DNA from: Idiomarina loihiensis L2TR
Lineage (GTDB): Bacteria; Pseudomonadota; Gammaproteobacteria; Enterobacterales; Alteromonadaceae
Direction of reading: 5' to 3'
DNA length: 32,000 nucleotides
NCBI RefSeq assembly: GCF_000008465.1
Contig: NC_006512.1
Span: 960,001 to 992,000 of the forward strand
Shown: positions 1 to 6,445 of the stretch, one piece after another
Numbering within the stretch: position 1 is the first letter of the stretch
How the letters are laid out: each line of letters opens with the position of its first letter
Position numbers and translations under genes: made by a program
The notes under the pieces: model-generated
Told to the model about the DNA's origin: nothing
The model's input: the letters and a program-made list of their open reading frames with translations, nothing else
Databases searched by the model: none

Positions 1-176
1 TCTACAACACTCTCATCACTGATAAGAATATCGCTTCCAGGTTCTATACTGATAATTCGAGTCTCACCTTCTTCAAGATAGTAGGAGCTATGATTAACCT
101 CGGCCCGAGCACTAAGGGCGACGAAAAATAACAAAGTCACGACTAAGTAATGTTTGAACTTTACTGAACCTTCCAT
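1..176 (-). CDS. CpaC/RcpA-type pilus secretin, N-terminal fragment (gene runs off the left edge)
   Basis: My own minus-strand translation from the ATG at 176-174 gives MEGSVKFKHYLVVTLLFFVALSARAEVNHSSYYLEEGETRIISIEPGSDILISDESVV... It has a signal-peptide-like start (hydrophobic core, ARA) followed by the pattern of the pilus-secretin N-terminal region. The start overlaps the cpaB stop by 16 nt. The position after cpaB matches tad/cpa loci. At 58 codons it is too short for the ORF track. Confidence 0.45.
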   Translation of the reverse strand, partial: MEGSVKFKHYLVVTLLFFVALSARAEVNHSSYYLEEGETRIISIEPGSDILISDESVV

Positions 177-868
177 GGTTGCACCTTGCTTTGTTTAGAA
201 TCTTGATGCCAAATACTTGCTTGCTCTAAATGACGGCCTCTCGCCCAGACCAACATTGGACTTCCAATAGCTCTTGTAAATGCGGCTACCTTCTCGGGCT
301 CCACCAACAATGTCAGCGAATATGAACCATATCCCTCCTGCAAGCCGTGGATATCGAAAACCTCAATTTCTTCAAATGAAACGTATTGTCTTGAGTTTTC
401 AAAAGACTCCCCGACAAATACAATATCGACCAGATCTCCGACTTTCAGCAGCGCATTGTGGTGGCCTAAATTGTCCGTAGTGACCGTAATAGCGTAGTAA
501 CCGTTAGGCAGAACTTCCGATAAACCATTGTTCTGATTATTCGATAGAACGCGTTCAGAAACCGGTTCACCAGATTTAACAGAACTTCGCAGTTTCCTAC
601 CGATAATCAAATTAGCGGCGCTCTCCAAATACCAATGCTCATTGATAAGTTCGTGCGGATATTTTCGAACCAAGAGGTCGCTTACTTCTAAAATATCCCC
701 GACATTAAGATCTTTGGAAAAAACAACAACACTATCAGCATTTCCTGACGCCTCTTGAAGTCGTCGGGAAGTTTCTTGCTGTAGATATTGATTAATTAGA
801 AAAATCGTCACCATCGAAATTATTGAGCTAAAAATCACGGCAAAAATCCATTTCGCCTTTTTTTTCAT
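161..868 (-). CDS. cpaB: Flp pilus assembly protein CpaB/RcpC
   Basis: N-terminal TM segment (KWIFAVIFSSIISMVTIFLI). SAF-like segment VVVFSKDLNVGDILEVSDL...GRKLRSSVKSGEPVSERVL. RcpC-type C-terminal segment GYYAITVTTDNLGHHNALLKVGDLVDIVF. I trimmed the start to the ATG at 868, which is preceded by AGGAGGAGG and forms an ATGA overlap with the upstream ORF. Confidence 0.75.
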   Translation of the reverse strand: MKKKAKWIFAVIFSSIISMVTIFLINQYLQQETSRRLQEASGNADSVVVFSKDLNVGDILEVSDLLVRKYPHELINEHWYLESAANLIIGRKLRSSVKSGEPVSERVLSNNQNNGLSEVLPNGYYAITVTTDNLGHHNALLKVGDLVDIVFVGESFENSRQYVSFEEIEVFDIHGLQEGYGSYSLTLLVEPEKVAAFTRAIGSPMLVWARGRHLEQASIWHQDSKQSKVQPWKVQ

Positions 869-1056
869 GATCCTCCTCCTGGTATTAGTACTAAATAGCG
901 CCAAATAAAATAATAAAACTCTTTCGCCTCACGACCCACTTCAATTAAGTAGTCAATGAGTGAAAGTTGCTCTTCAACAACAAATAAAATGGTCATTATT
1001 AAGAGAGAGAGCAATAACCACTCTGTCGATGCCTGGCCATTTTGTTGTCTTCTCAT
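865..1056 (-). CDS. Flp-sized mini-pilin / TadE-F-like pseudopilin (63 aa)
   Basis: The N-terminus MRRQQNGQASTEWLLLSLLIMTILFVV has the Flp-type processing pattern: G, four residues, E, an aromatic, then a hydrophobic helix. ATGA overlaps at both ends (1053-1056 and 865-868) argue that it is translated as part of the operon. Confidence 0.5.
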   Translation of the reverse strand: MRRQQNGQASTEWLLLSLLIMTILFVVEEQLSLIDYLIEVGREAKEFYYFIWRYLVLIPGGGS

Positions 1057-1559
1057 AGAACATGAACCAAAATCACATACTCACCTTGCTCGGAGAACAT
1101 TAGGCTTCCCATATCTTCTTTAAAGATCCAAAAGTCATGGGGTTTCTCAATCGATTGAAAAGAATCGATTTTTTGGCTGTAAGTTAATTTTAATACGTTT
1201 TTTATATCTTTGAATTTGAATGTCGATAAATAAACCCAGACCTCTTTTCCATTTTTCCGGTTTTTTGAAATGGCATTAAAAGGCCCGTCAAGCTTAGGCT
1301 TTTCCATATACGGAAGAATTATTTTACTTAAAATCCATGAACCATCATTTCCTTTGAAGAAAGTCCAGTTGTCTTCTCCAATTGGACAGATCCAAAAATC
1401 TCCATGAGGGGCTGGACAGTAGGAATAGAAATCTTCAATAACACTCCAGTCTGGAACATTAGGACTTTGTAAAAAATAAGCAGTAGCCGTCGCATTCTGA
1501 GAAATTGGCATTTCAGACCATTCCCATTTATCAAACCCTGCAGGAATATCAGCAATCAT
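1053..1559 (-). CDS. Hypothetical protein, paralog B of a tandem pair (168 aa, no signal peptide, Trp-rich)
   Basis: Long ORF that is clearly paralogous to 1667-2167. Shared blocks: W.W.E.PIS, PDW, FY.YCP, FW(I/L)CPI, W(T)FF.G..G.WIL and YSQK(I/V)DSFQSIEK..D.WI.KEDMG...FSEQGEYVIL.H.L. Its stop overlaps the start of the next gene (ATGA). Confidence 0.7.
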   Translation of the reverse strand: MIADIPAGFDKWEWSEMPISQNATATAYFLQSPNVPDWSVIEDFYSYCPAPHGDFWICPIGEDNWTFFKGNDGSWILSKIILPYMEKPKLDGPFNAISKNRKNGKEVWVYLSTFKFKDIKNVLKLTYSQKIDSFQSIEKPHDFWIFKEDMGSLMFSEQGEYVILVHVL

Positions 1560-1666
1560 ATACGCACCTTAATTAAAGCTTTACTAAGAATTTGTTACAG
1601 CTAAACCCACAGATTTTTAGAAAAGTAATTTTCCATTTTTATGTAGATAAATCTTTAGTATTCCAG

Positions 1667-2167
1667 TCATAAATAATGTGCCAAAATCACATATTCACCT
1701 TGTTCAGAAAAAACTACGCGCCCCATATCTTCTTTTAATATCCAAACATCATTTTCTTTCTCAATAGATTGAAAAGAGTCTACTTTTTGGCTGTAATAAG
1801 ACATCATTGCCGTTTGCAATGGTTTAAGCGGATATCTAGCTAAATAAATCCATATCTTTTCTCCATTACTTTCATATCCTGAAATTGGAGTAATGGGTCC
1901 CTTTAAAGATTCTTCATGTCCTGGAGACTTAGTCAGTGGCATTAGTATCCATTGTCCGTTTTCTCCCTCAAACAACGTCCATTCAGTATCTTCTATGGGA
2001 CAAAGCCAAAAAATTATTTCCCCTCCGGGACAATATGGATAAAACTGGCTCAACTCTTTCCAGTCAGGAATTTCTGGTTTTCTCAAAAAAAGAGCATCAA
2101 TATTGATGGATGAACTAATCGGTTGCTCAGCCCAGCTCCAGTCCTCTAAAACTACGGGTAAATCCAT
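1667..2167 (-). CDS. Hypothetical protein, paralog A of a tandem pair (166 aa, no signal peptide, Trp-rich)
   Basis: Paralog of 1053-1559 (see that entry). Its start lies 2 nt downstream of the tadE-like stop. I do not recognise the family. Confidence 0.7.
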   Translation of the reverse strand: MDLPVVLEDWSWAEQPISSSINIDALFLRKPEIPDWKELSQFYPYCPGGEIIFWLCPIEDTEWTLFEGENGQWILMPLTKSPGHEESLKGPITPISGYESNGEKIWIYLARYPLKPLQTAMMSYYSQKVDSFQSIEKENDVWILKEDMGRVVFSEQGEYVILAHYL

Positions 2168-2169
2168 AA

Positions 2170-2709
2170 CTATTCCTTTTTTTGAAGTACTTCCTCGGGC
2201 ACGACATCTGGAGATATCGTACCGAAAACTAAATAATCGGAACTAAGCTCTTTAGCCAAAAAAAGTGAGCTAAGCCCATCTTGGATTAATTCTGTTATTT
2301 CTCCCGAGAGTAAGTTATTTACAACTAAAGACGCAGGCCTAGTCGATAGCTCCTCGCTGCTTCTTGCCTGCCAACTATCTGTTAACCTACTCATTGGATA
2401 AAAAGGTTTTTTATCCAGTTTCTTCAACTCTCTTAAGTTTTTCCCTTGGAGCTTTACTGGAAGAAGTCTATTTAGAGGGATAAATAACTTTTCTGTATGT
2501 TTATTTAGCCGATACTCTCCCGATAATTGAGCTCGATCAACATCCATAACCCTGCTCCAAATAATTTTACGAGCCTCAATAAGGTTAACGGTACTGTTGT
2601 TAATCGCAGGTATAAGGACTTGATACAACGACAAGTAAATAGCTAGCAAAATACCAATTGATAACATGACCTCAACAGTAGCTTGACCTTTACATTTAAA
2701 GCGCATCAC
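2170..2709 (-). CDS. TadE-like pseudopilin
   Basis: The N-terminus MMRFKCKGQATVEVMLSIGILLAIYLSLY matches the TadE-type motif (G.a.vE followed by a hydrophobic helix). It overlaps the upstream tadG-like gene by 14 nt. Confidence 0.65.
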   Translation of the reverse strand: MMRFKCKGQATVEVMLSIGILLAIYLSLYQVLIPAINNSTVNLIEARKIIWSRVMDVDRAQLSGEYRLNKHTEKLFIPLNRLLPVKLQGKNLRELKKLDKKPFYPMSRLTDSWQARSSEELSTRPASLVVNNLLSGEITELIQDGLSSLFLAKELSSDYLVFGTISPDVVPEEVLQKKE

Positions 2710-3919
2710 GACCTAAAATTCCTGTTTTATCTTTATAAGATATTGAAGTTAGCTGAGGCTCCCAGAGCGCATTAAACAAGTTATCCGTTTCATAAAGATC
2801 ATCTTTTCTATAGAAGATTTTGTCTGGACGACTAAAATGCGTTTTTGCTTTAGCATATGCAACTTGGTTACTGTCCCCCACTTTTATTATCACCGTATCC
2901 ATGCCCATCTTTAAAAAGTTGCTTAGCCGCATATAGCTAAATTTTTGTGGGTTCGAATTAAACGACTCCATCTGCGCCAAACCAAGTCTGGAAGACATAG
3001 AATTACTTTGAAAGGCTGCACCATAACCAGAGCGATGATAACGTCTTTGCTGTTGTGCTTTAGCGCCCCAGCCTAATGGCAATTGCTCCCGAAAACTTCC
3101 TACGAACCATTTTCGCCCGTGAAGCGAAACGGAATCCAGCGCATGCCAGTCCCAGCCTCCGTTTCTGTTCCTTGATAATTCTGTTCCTCCACGCTTTATT
3201 ATTTTATGAGTGAATACGTCTATCCAGTTATATCCTCTGGATTTGCTGAAGGGATCCAGACTTTTCAGTGTCAACTCTTCTAGTTCTTTTGATTGTCTTT
3301 CATTACTGGTTTTACGGACTTCTGTTTTGCGCCACCAAAGAGTTGGAAATGGCACAACACCACCTCCCTGATACGCTTCCCAACTTAGATCTCCTGAATG
3401 TTTAGAAACGATATCTTGAATAAGAAGTGGTAGCTCCAAGACGAAACTTGCATCTAAAAGTCTCTGTGCCGCTGATATTCCCTGTATCACAGCCGATTGA
3501 AAACGGATTAAGACGCGCGCCAATTGCTGATAAGCTTCCTCGACTCGGTCGAGAATGGTTGATAACACTCTGGTTATTTGCCCGATATAAGGAATGAATG
3601 ACGTTACTGTCTCTAAGTTGTCCGCCGTCCGGTCTAACATAGACATATAGCTCGCTAGACCAACCCACTGAGCTATTGCTACCTGGTTTCCAATAAGTGC
3701 ACGATTTGTTAAAGCTAGAAAATTCATCTGCCGGGACATAGCAACAGCTGCGCTATAAGCCGCGTTATCAGCAACACTTTGCAAGTACCATTGACGCCGG
3801 GCGTGTTTTCCCATGTCCGTTACAGCGAAAAGCAACATCGAAACGAGTAACAAAACCCCGACCATTAAAATCAGGGTTTGTCCTTTTATTCGCGTATTGG
3901 ATTTTCCCAAAGCAATCAT
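2696..3919 (-). CDS. TadG-like Flp pilus assembly protein (Tad N-terminal domain)
   Basis: The N-terminus KGQTLILMVGVLLLVSMLLFAVTDMGKHARRQWYLQSVADNAAYSAAVAMS matches the TadE/G-like pilus-assembly N-terminal pattern (TM helix, D.G, then aaDaAA.Aaa). ATGA overlap with flp (3916-3919). Confidence 0.65.
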   Translation of the reverse strand: MIALGKSNTRIKGQTLILMVGVLLLVSMLLFAVTDMGKHARRQWYLQSVADNAAYSAAVAMSRQMNFLALTNRALIGNQVAIAQWVGLASYMSMLDRTADNLETVTSFIPYIGQITRVLSTILDRVEEAYQQLARVLIRFQSAVIQGISAAQRLLDASFVLELPLLIQDIVSKHSGDLSWEAYQGGGVVPFPTLWWRKTEVRKTSNERQSKELEELTLKSLDPFSKSRGYNWIDVFTHKIIKRGGTELSRNRNGGWDWHALDSVSLHGRKWFVGSFREQLPLGWGAKAQQQRRYHRSGYGAAFQSNSMSSRLGLAQMESFNSNPQKFSYMRLSNFLKMGMDTVIIKVGDSNQVAYAKAKTHFSRPDKIFYRKDDLYETDNLFNALWEPQLTSISYKDKTGILGRDAL

Positions 3920-4194
3920 TTCTTCTTGCCTTGCTCGGTGGCCTCGTCATAATTTCCGAGGTTTACTTCAGTATTTGCCACGGTTCCTGCGCGCCTTGAC
4001 GACTGGCGAGCTCGGTTTAACTGTTGCGTAGATGATTGCCCTGTCATTTCTTGAGCAAGTCCAGCCACCTGGTTACGTATGGACTTACCAAAAAGTGAAT
4101 AGACTCCGATTGCAGCAACAGCAATCAAAGCGACAATAATGATGTATTCCGTCATTCCCTGACCACGAGAACGCCGAGCTAAATGCGTATTCAT
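3916..4194 (-). CDS. flp: Flp/Fap family pilin (92 aa precursor)
   Basis: MNTHLARRSRGQGMTEYIIIVALIAVAAIGVY carries the Flp motif G/xxxxEY followed by a hydrophobic helix. RBS AGGAGGG lies upstream. It is the first gene of the coupled operon. Confidence 0.75.
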   Translation of the reverse strand: MNTHLARRSRGQGMTEYIIIVALIAVAAIGVYSLFGKSIRNQVAGLAQEMTGQSSTQQLNRARQSSRRAGTVANTEVNLGNYDEATEQGKKK

Positions 4195-4290
4195 AATTCC
4201 CTCCTGGCAATAGGCAACACCGTAATTGGCGTTGACGTCAGGAAGTATAGAACGAGTTTTAGAGAGTCAGATCAGAAGTAGCAAATGTCT

Positions 4291-4329
4291 TACTCAATAT
4301 TCAGATATTTATGCATCTGCGTAGAAAGT
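4291..4329 (-). repeat. Orphan copy of the queE 3' end (att-like direct repeat, copy A)
   Basis: tactcaatattcagatatttatgcatctgcgtagaaagt aligns by hand to 5041-5079. The first 30 nt have 1 mismatch, then 3 mismatches, then gaaagt. In the queE frame it reads LSTQMHKYLNIE*, but no gene body is attached. Confidence 0.8.
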
Positions 4330-4348
4330 TTATGGCAGCTCAGATTTT

Positions 4349-4648
4349 TTAGGTGCTTAGTTTACTGTGCCACTTCATTGGCGCTTGTTTTGGATGGAAG
4401 ACGGCTAATATGAGAATAAACTCAGCTTCATCACGATAGAGTATTCCGTGAGGAAATATCTCTAAAGGCCAACGGCGAACCTTATGCTCAAGAATTTGCA
4501 TCGCCAAAGGTTGGTTTGCAGCAGCTTTAACGGCTGTTTCTACTGCACTTTGAAACTTTCTAGCTAAGTCAGGGCTAATTTTCTGATAATAGCTCTTTTC
4601 TCGCCGAATATCTTCGCGGGCAGATGCAAGAAAGCGAACAGGTTTCAA
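4349..4648 (-). CDS. Type II toxin, RelE/ParE family
   Basis: 99 aa. The ARKF...AV..l...P..g....e.....R.w.l..FP..ilYr.....i.IlaV.H pattern is typical of ParE/RelE plasmid-stabilisation toxins. 4-nt overlap with the upstream antitoxin gene. Confidence 0.8.
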   Translation of the reverse strand: MKPVRFLASAREDIRREKSYYQKISPDLARKFQSAVETAVKAAANQPLAMQILEHKVRRWPLEIFPHGILYRDEAEFILILAVFHPKQAPMKWHSKLST

Positions 4649-4884
4649 CGATCATCTGCCTTAAGGTCTTTAAATACGTCCTCAGATGGGATAGCTTGCT
4701 CTTCACCCCGAATATAAGCTTCGTATCGGTTATTTGCTTCAGCCACCCAGGCTTGCTCCACTTGTTGCGAATTCGAGCCAGAACGCTGTTCAAGGCTCTC
4801 CAATAGGTGAACTATCAATCGGGTTTTCTCCTCTTTGGGAAGGGAAAGCGCTTCAGTTTCGAGAACTTCTGCAGATATCGTCAT
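4645..4884 (-). CDS. Type II antitoxin, 'putative addiction module component' family
   Basis: ISAEVLETEALSLPKEEKTRLIVHLLESL...VEQAWVAEANNRYEAYIRGEEQAIPSEDVF matches the addiction-module antitoxin pattern (a.sLp..eR..L...Ll.SL......ve.aW..e...R...). I placed the start at the ATG at 4884, after GAGG; the track ORF begins at a GTG two codons earlier. Confidence 0.8.
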   Translation of the reverse strand: MTISAEVLETEALSLPKEEKTRLIVHLLESLEQRSGSNSQQVEQAWVAEANNRYEAYIRGEEQAIPSEDVFKDLKADDR

Positions 4885-5039
4885 AACCACCTCGGTTAAT
4901 ATTTACTCTATAACACCCTACTATACGAGAAAGATGAAATGAAACCAGCATGCCCCACAAAATATTTCGACGCCTAAACAGCACGCAATATAAACGTTAA
5001 TTATAATGGCATAGATAGGAACATCGCTTTTTTAGCAAG

Positions 5040-5711
5040 TTACTCAATATTAAGATATTTATGCATCTGCACGGAAAGTCGCCAGTTGCGCGCTATGCAG
5101 GTTTTCATCGCAAGCTCGGTGGCGCGTGGCCGCTGGCTTATTGGTTGCAGGCAAATAATGGCGTCTGCTTTGGGTGGGCAGCGTTCTAGTAAGGAATCTA
5201 GCGCGTCTATGTGCTTTTGCATGGCTATGGGGTGCTTTATTTCATTAGCGCGTGCCATGCAGTCGGGGCGCACTAAATAACCACCGGGCATATCCAGCTT
5301 GGGTGATACCGTTACCCAGGTGCTGTCGGTCACTTTTAGCTCAAAGGTACCGCTGGTTTCTATTTGCAACTGGTAGCCTTTGGCTTCTAAGGCTTTGCCA
5401 AGCGGCAGTAAGTCAAACATAGCGGGTTCACCGCCGGTTATCACTACATGTTTGGCGGAGTAACCTTCTTGTTCAAAACGCGCAATAATGTCCTCGGCGG
5501 TCATTTCTGACCATTTTGCAGAGGCTTCGGTTTTTGCCATTAATGCGTCTATGCTTACCTGGTCGGTGGGGTTGGTTTCCCATGTGTGCTGGGTATCGCA
5601 CCAGGGGCAGCCCACAGGACAACCCTGCAAACGCAGAAAAATAGATGGCACGCCGGTAAAGGTGCCCTCGCCTTGCAAGGTTTCAAAAATTTCGTTGATG
5701 CGGTAAGACAT
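5040..5711 (-). CDS. queE: 7-carboxy-7-deazaguanine synthase QueE (radical SAM)
   Basis: INEIFETLQGEGTFTGVPSIFLRLQGCPVGCPWCDTQHTW closely parallels the N-terminus and Cys cluster of E. coli QueE. The start is trimmed to MSYRINE, which is preceded by GGAAG. Confidence 0.9.
   Translation of the reverse strand: MSYRINEIFETLQGEGTFTGVPSIFLRLQGCPVGCPWCDTQHTWETNPTDQVSIDALMAKTEASAKWSEMTAEDIIARFEQEGYSAKHVVITGGEPAMFDLLPLGKALEAKGYQLQIETSGTFELKVTDSTWVTVSPKLDMPGGYLVRPDCMARANEIKHPIAMQKHIDALDSLLERCPPKADAIICLQPISQRPRATELAMKTCIARNWRLSVQMHKYLNIE
5041..5079 (-). repeat. queE 3' end (att-like direct repeat, copy B, within the intact gene)
   Basis: tactcaatattaagatatttatgcatctgcacggaaagt encodes LSVQMHKYLNIE*. 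It is the partner of 4291-4329. Confidence 0.8.
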
Positions 5712-5773
5712 AGCTTCCGTTAAAATGGCTTTGGTTAACATGAGTGAATGCGGATTATACGGGGAGTTACAGC

Positions 5774-6430
5774 ATGTCGCAAAAGGTCGTTGTTATTTAT
5801 TCAGGCGGAATGGACTCTTTTACCGTTTTGCACAGAGCCCTGGCCGAGGGAAACGAGGTACTGGCACTGTCGTTTAACTACGGACAACGCCATGTCAAAG
5901 AATTAGAAGTTGCGGGTAACGTCTGTAAACAGCATGGAATACCCCACAAAGTGGTGGACATTACCGCTATTAACTCGCTGCTGTCCGGTAGCTCGCTAAC
6001 CGACGACATCGACATTCCTGAAGGCCACTACGAAGAAGAGTCAATGAAGTCCACTGTGGTACCTAACCGCAATATGATTTTACTGTCGCTGGCCATTGGT
6101 TATGCGGTGTCTGAAGAGGCTTCTGCGGTGTATTACGGCGCGCATTCGGGTGATCACGCTATTTACCCGGACTGTCGCCCTGAGTTTGTGCGGCAAATGG
6201 ATGTAGTAAGTAAAATGGCGAACTACGAGCCGGTAGCGGTTCATGCGCCTTATTTAGACGTGGACAAAAACGCCATTTTGGCCGACGGCATTAAAATGGG
6301 GCTGGACTACAGTCAAACCTGGACTTGCTATAACGGCCGCGACAAAGCCTGTGGAAAATGCGGAGCCTGCCAGGAACGCTTAGAGGCCTTCGCCGCCAAC
6401 GGCATTGAAGACCCTATTGCTTACGAATAA
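5774..6430 (+). CDS. queC: 7-cyano-7-deazaguanine synthase QueC
   Basis: The P-loop-like segment [12 protein letters not shown] and the C-terminal Zn cluster CYNG...CGKCGAC are QueC hallmarks. The start is trimmed to the ATG at 5774, after GGGGAG. Confidence 0.9.
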
Positions 6431-6445
6431 AAGGCTACGAATAAC

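Noticed and set aside
2696-3919. von Willebrand A / MIDAS domain in the TadG-like protein, as found in some TadG proteins
   Set aside because: Reading the translation, I found no DxSxS motif or other vWA hallmark. I kept only the N-terminal Tad-domain call.
280-4031. Nested or alternative-frame ORFs in the Tad region (280-480 +, 1328-1555 -, 3402-3668 -, 3768-3950 -, 3813-4031 +)
   Set aside because: Each overlaps a longer ORF that has a pilus-family motif or a paralog. The translations are Arg/Ser/Cys-rich off-frame products.
4575-4806. ORFs 4575-4793 (-) and 4624-4806 (+) overlapping the toxin-antitoxin genes
   Set aside because: They are out of frame with, or antisense to, the two ORFs that show clear ParE/RelE and addiction-antitoxin patterns and a classic 4-nt overlap.
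5712-5773. Possible preQ1 riboswitch in the 62-nt divergent queE/queC intergenic region
   Set aside because: I saw no preQ1-I-like stem plus A-rich tail. The region is too short once two promoters and two RBSs are accommodated.
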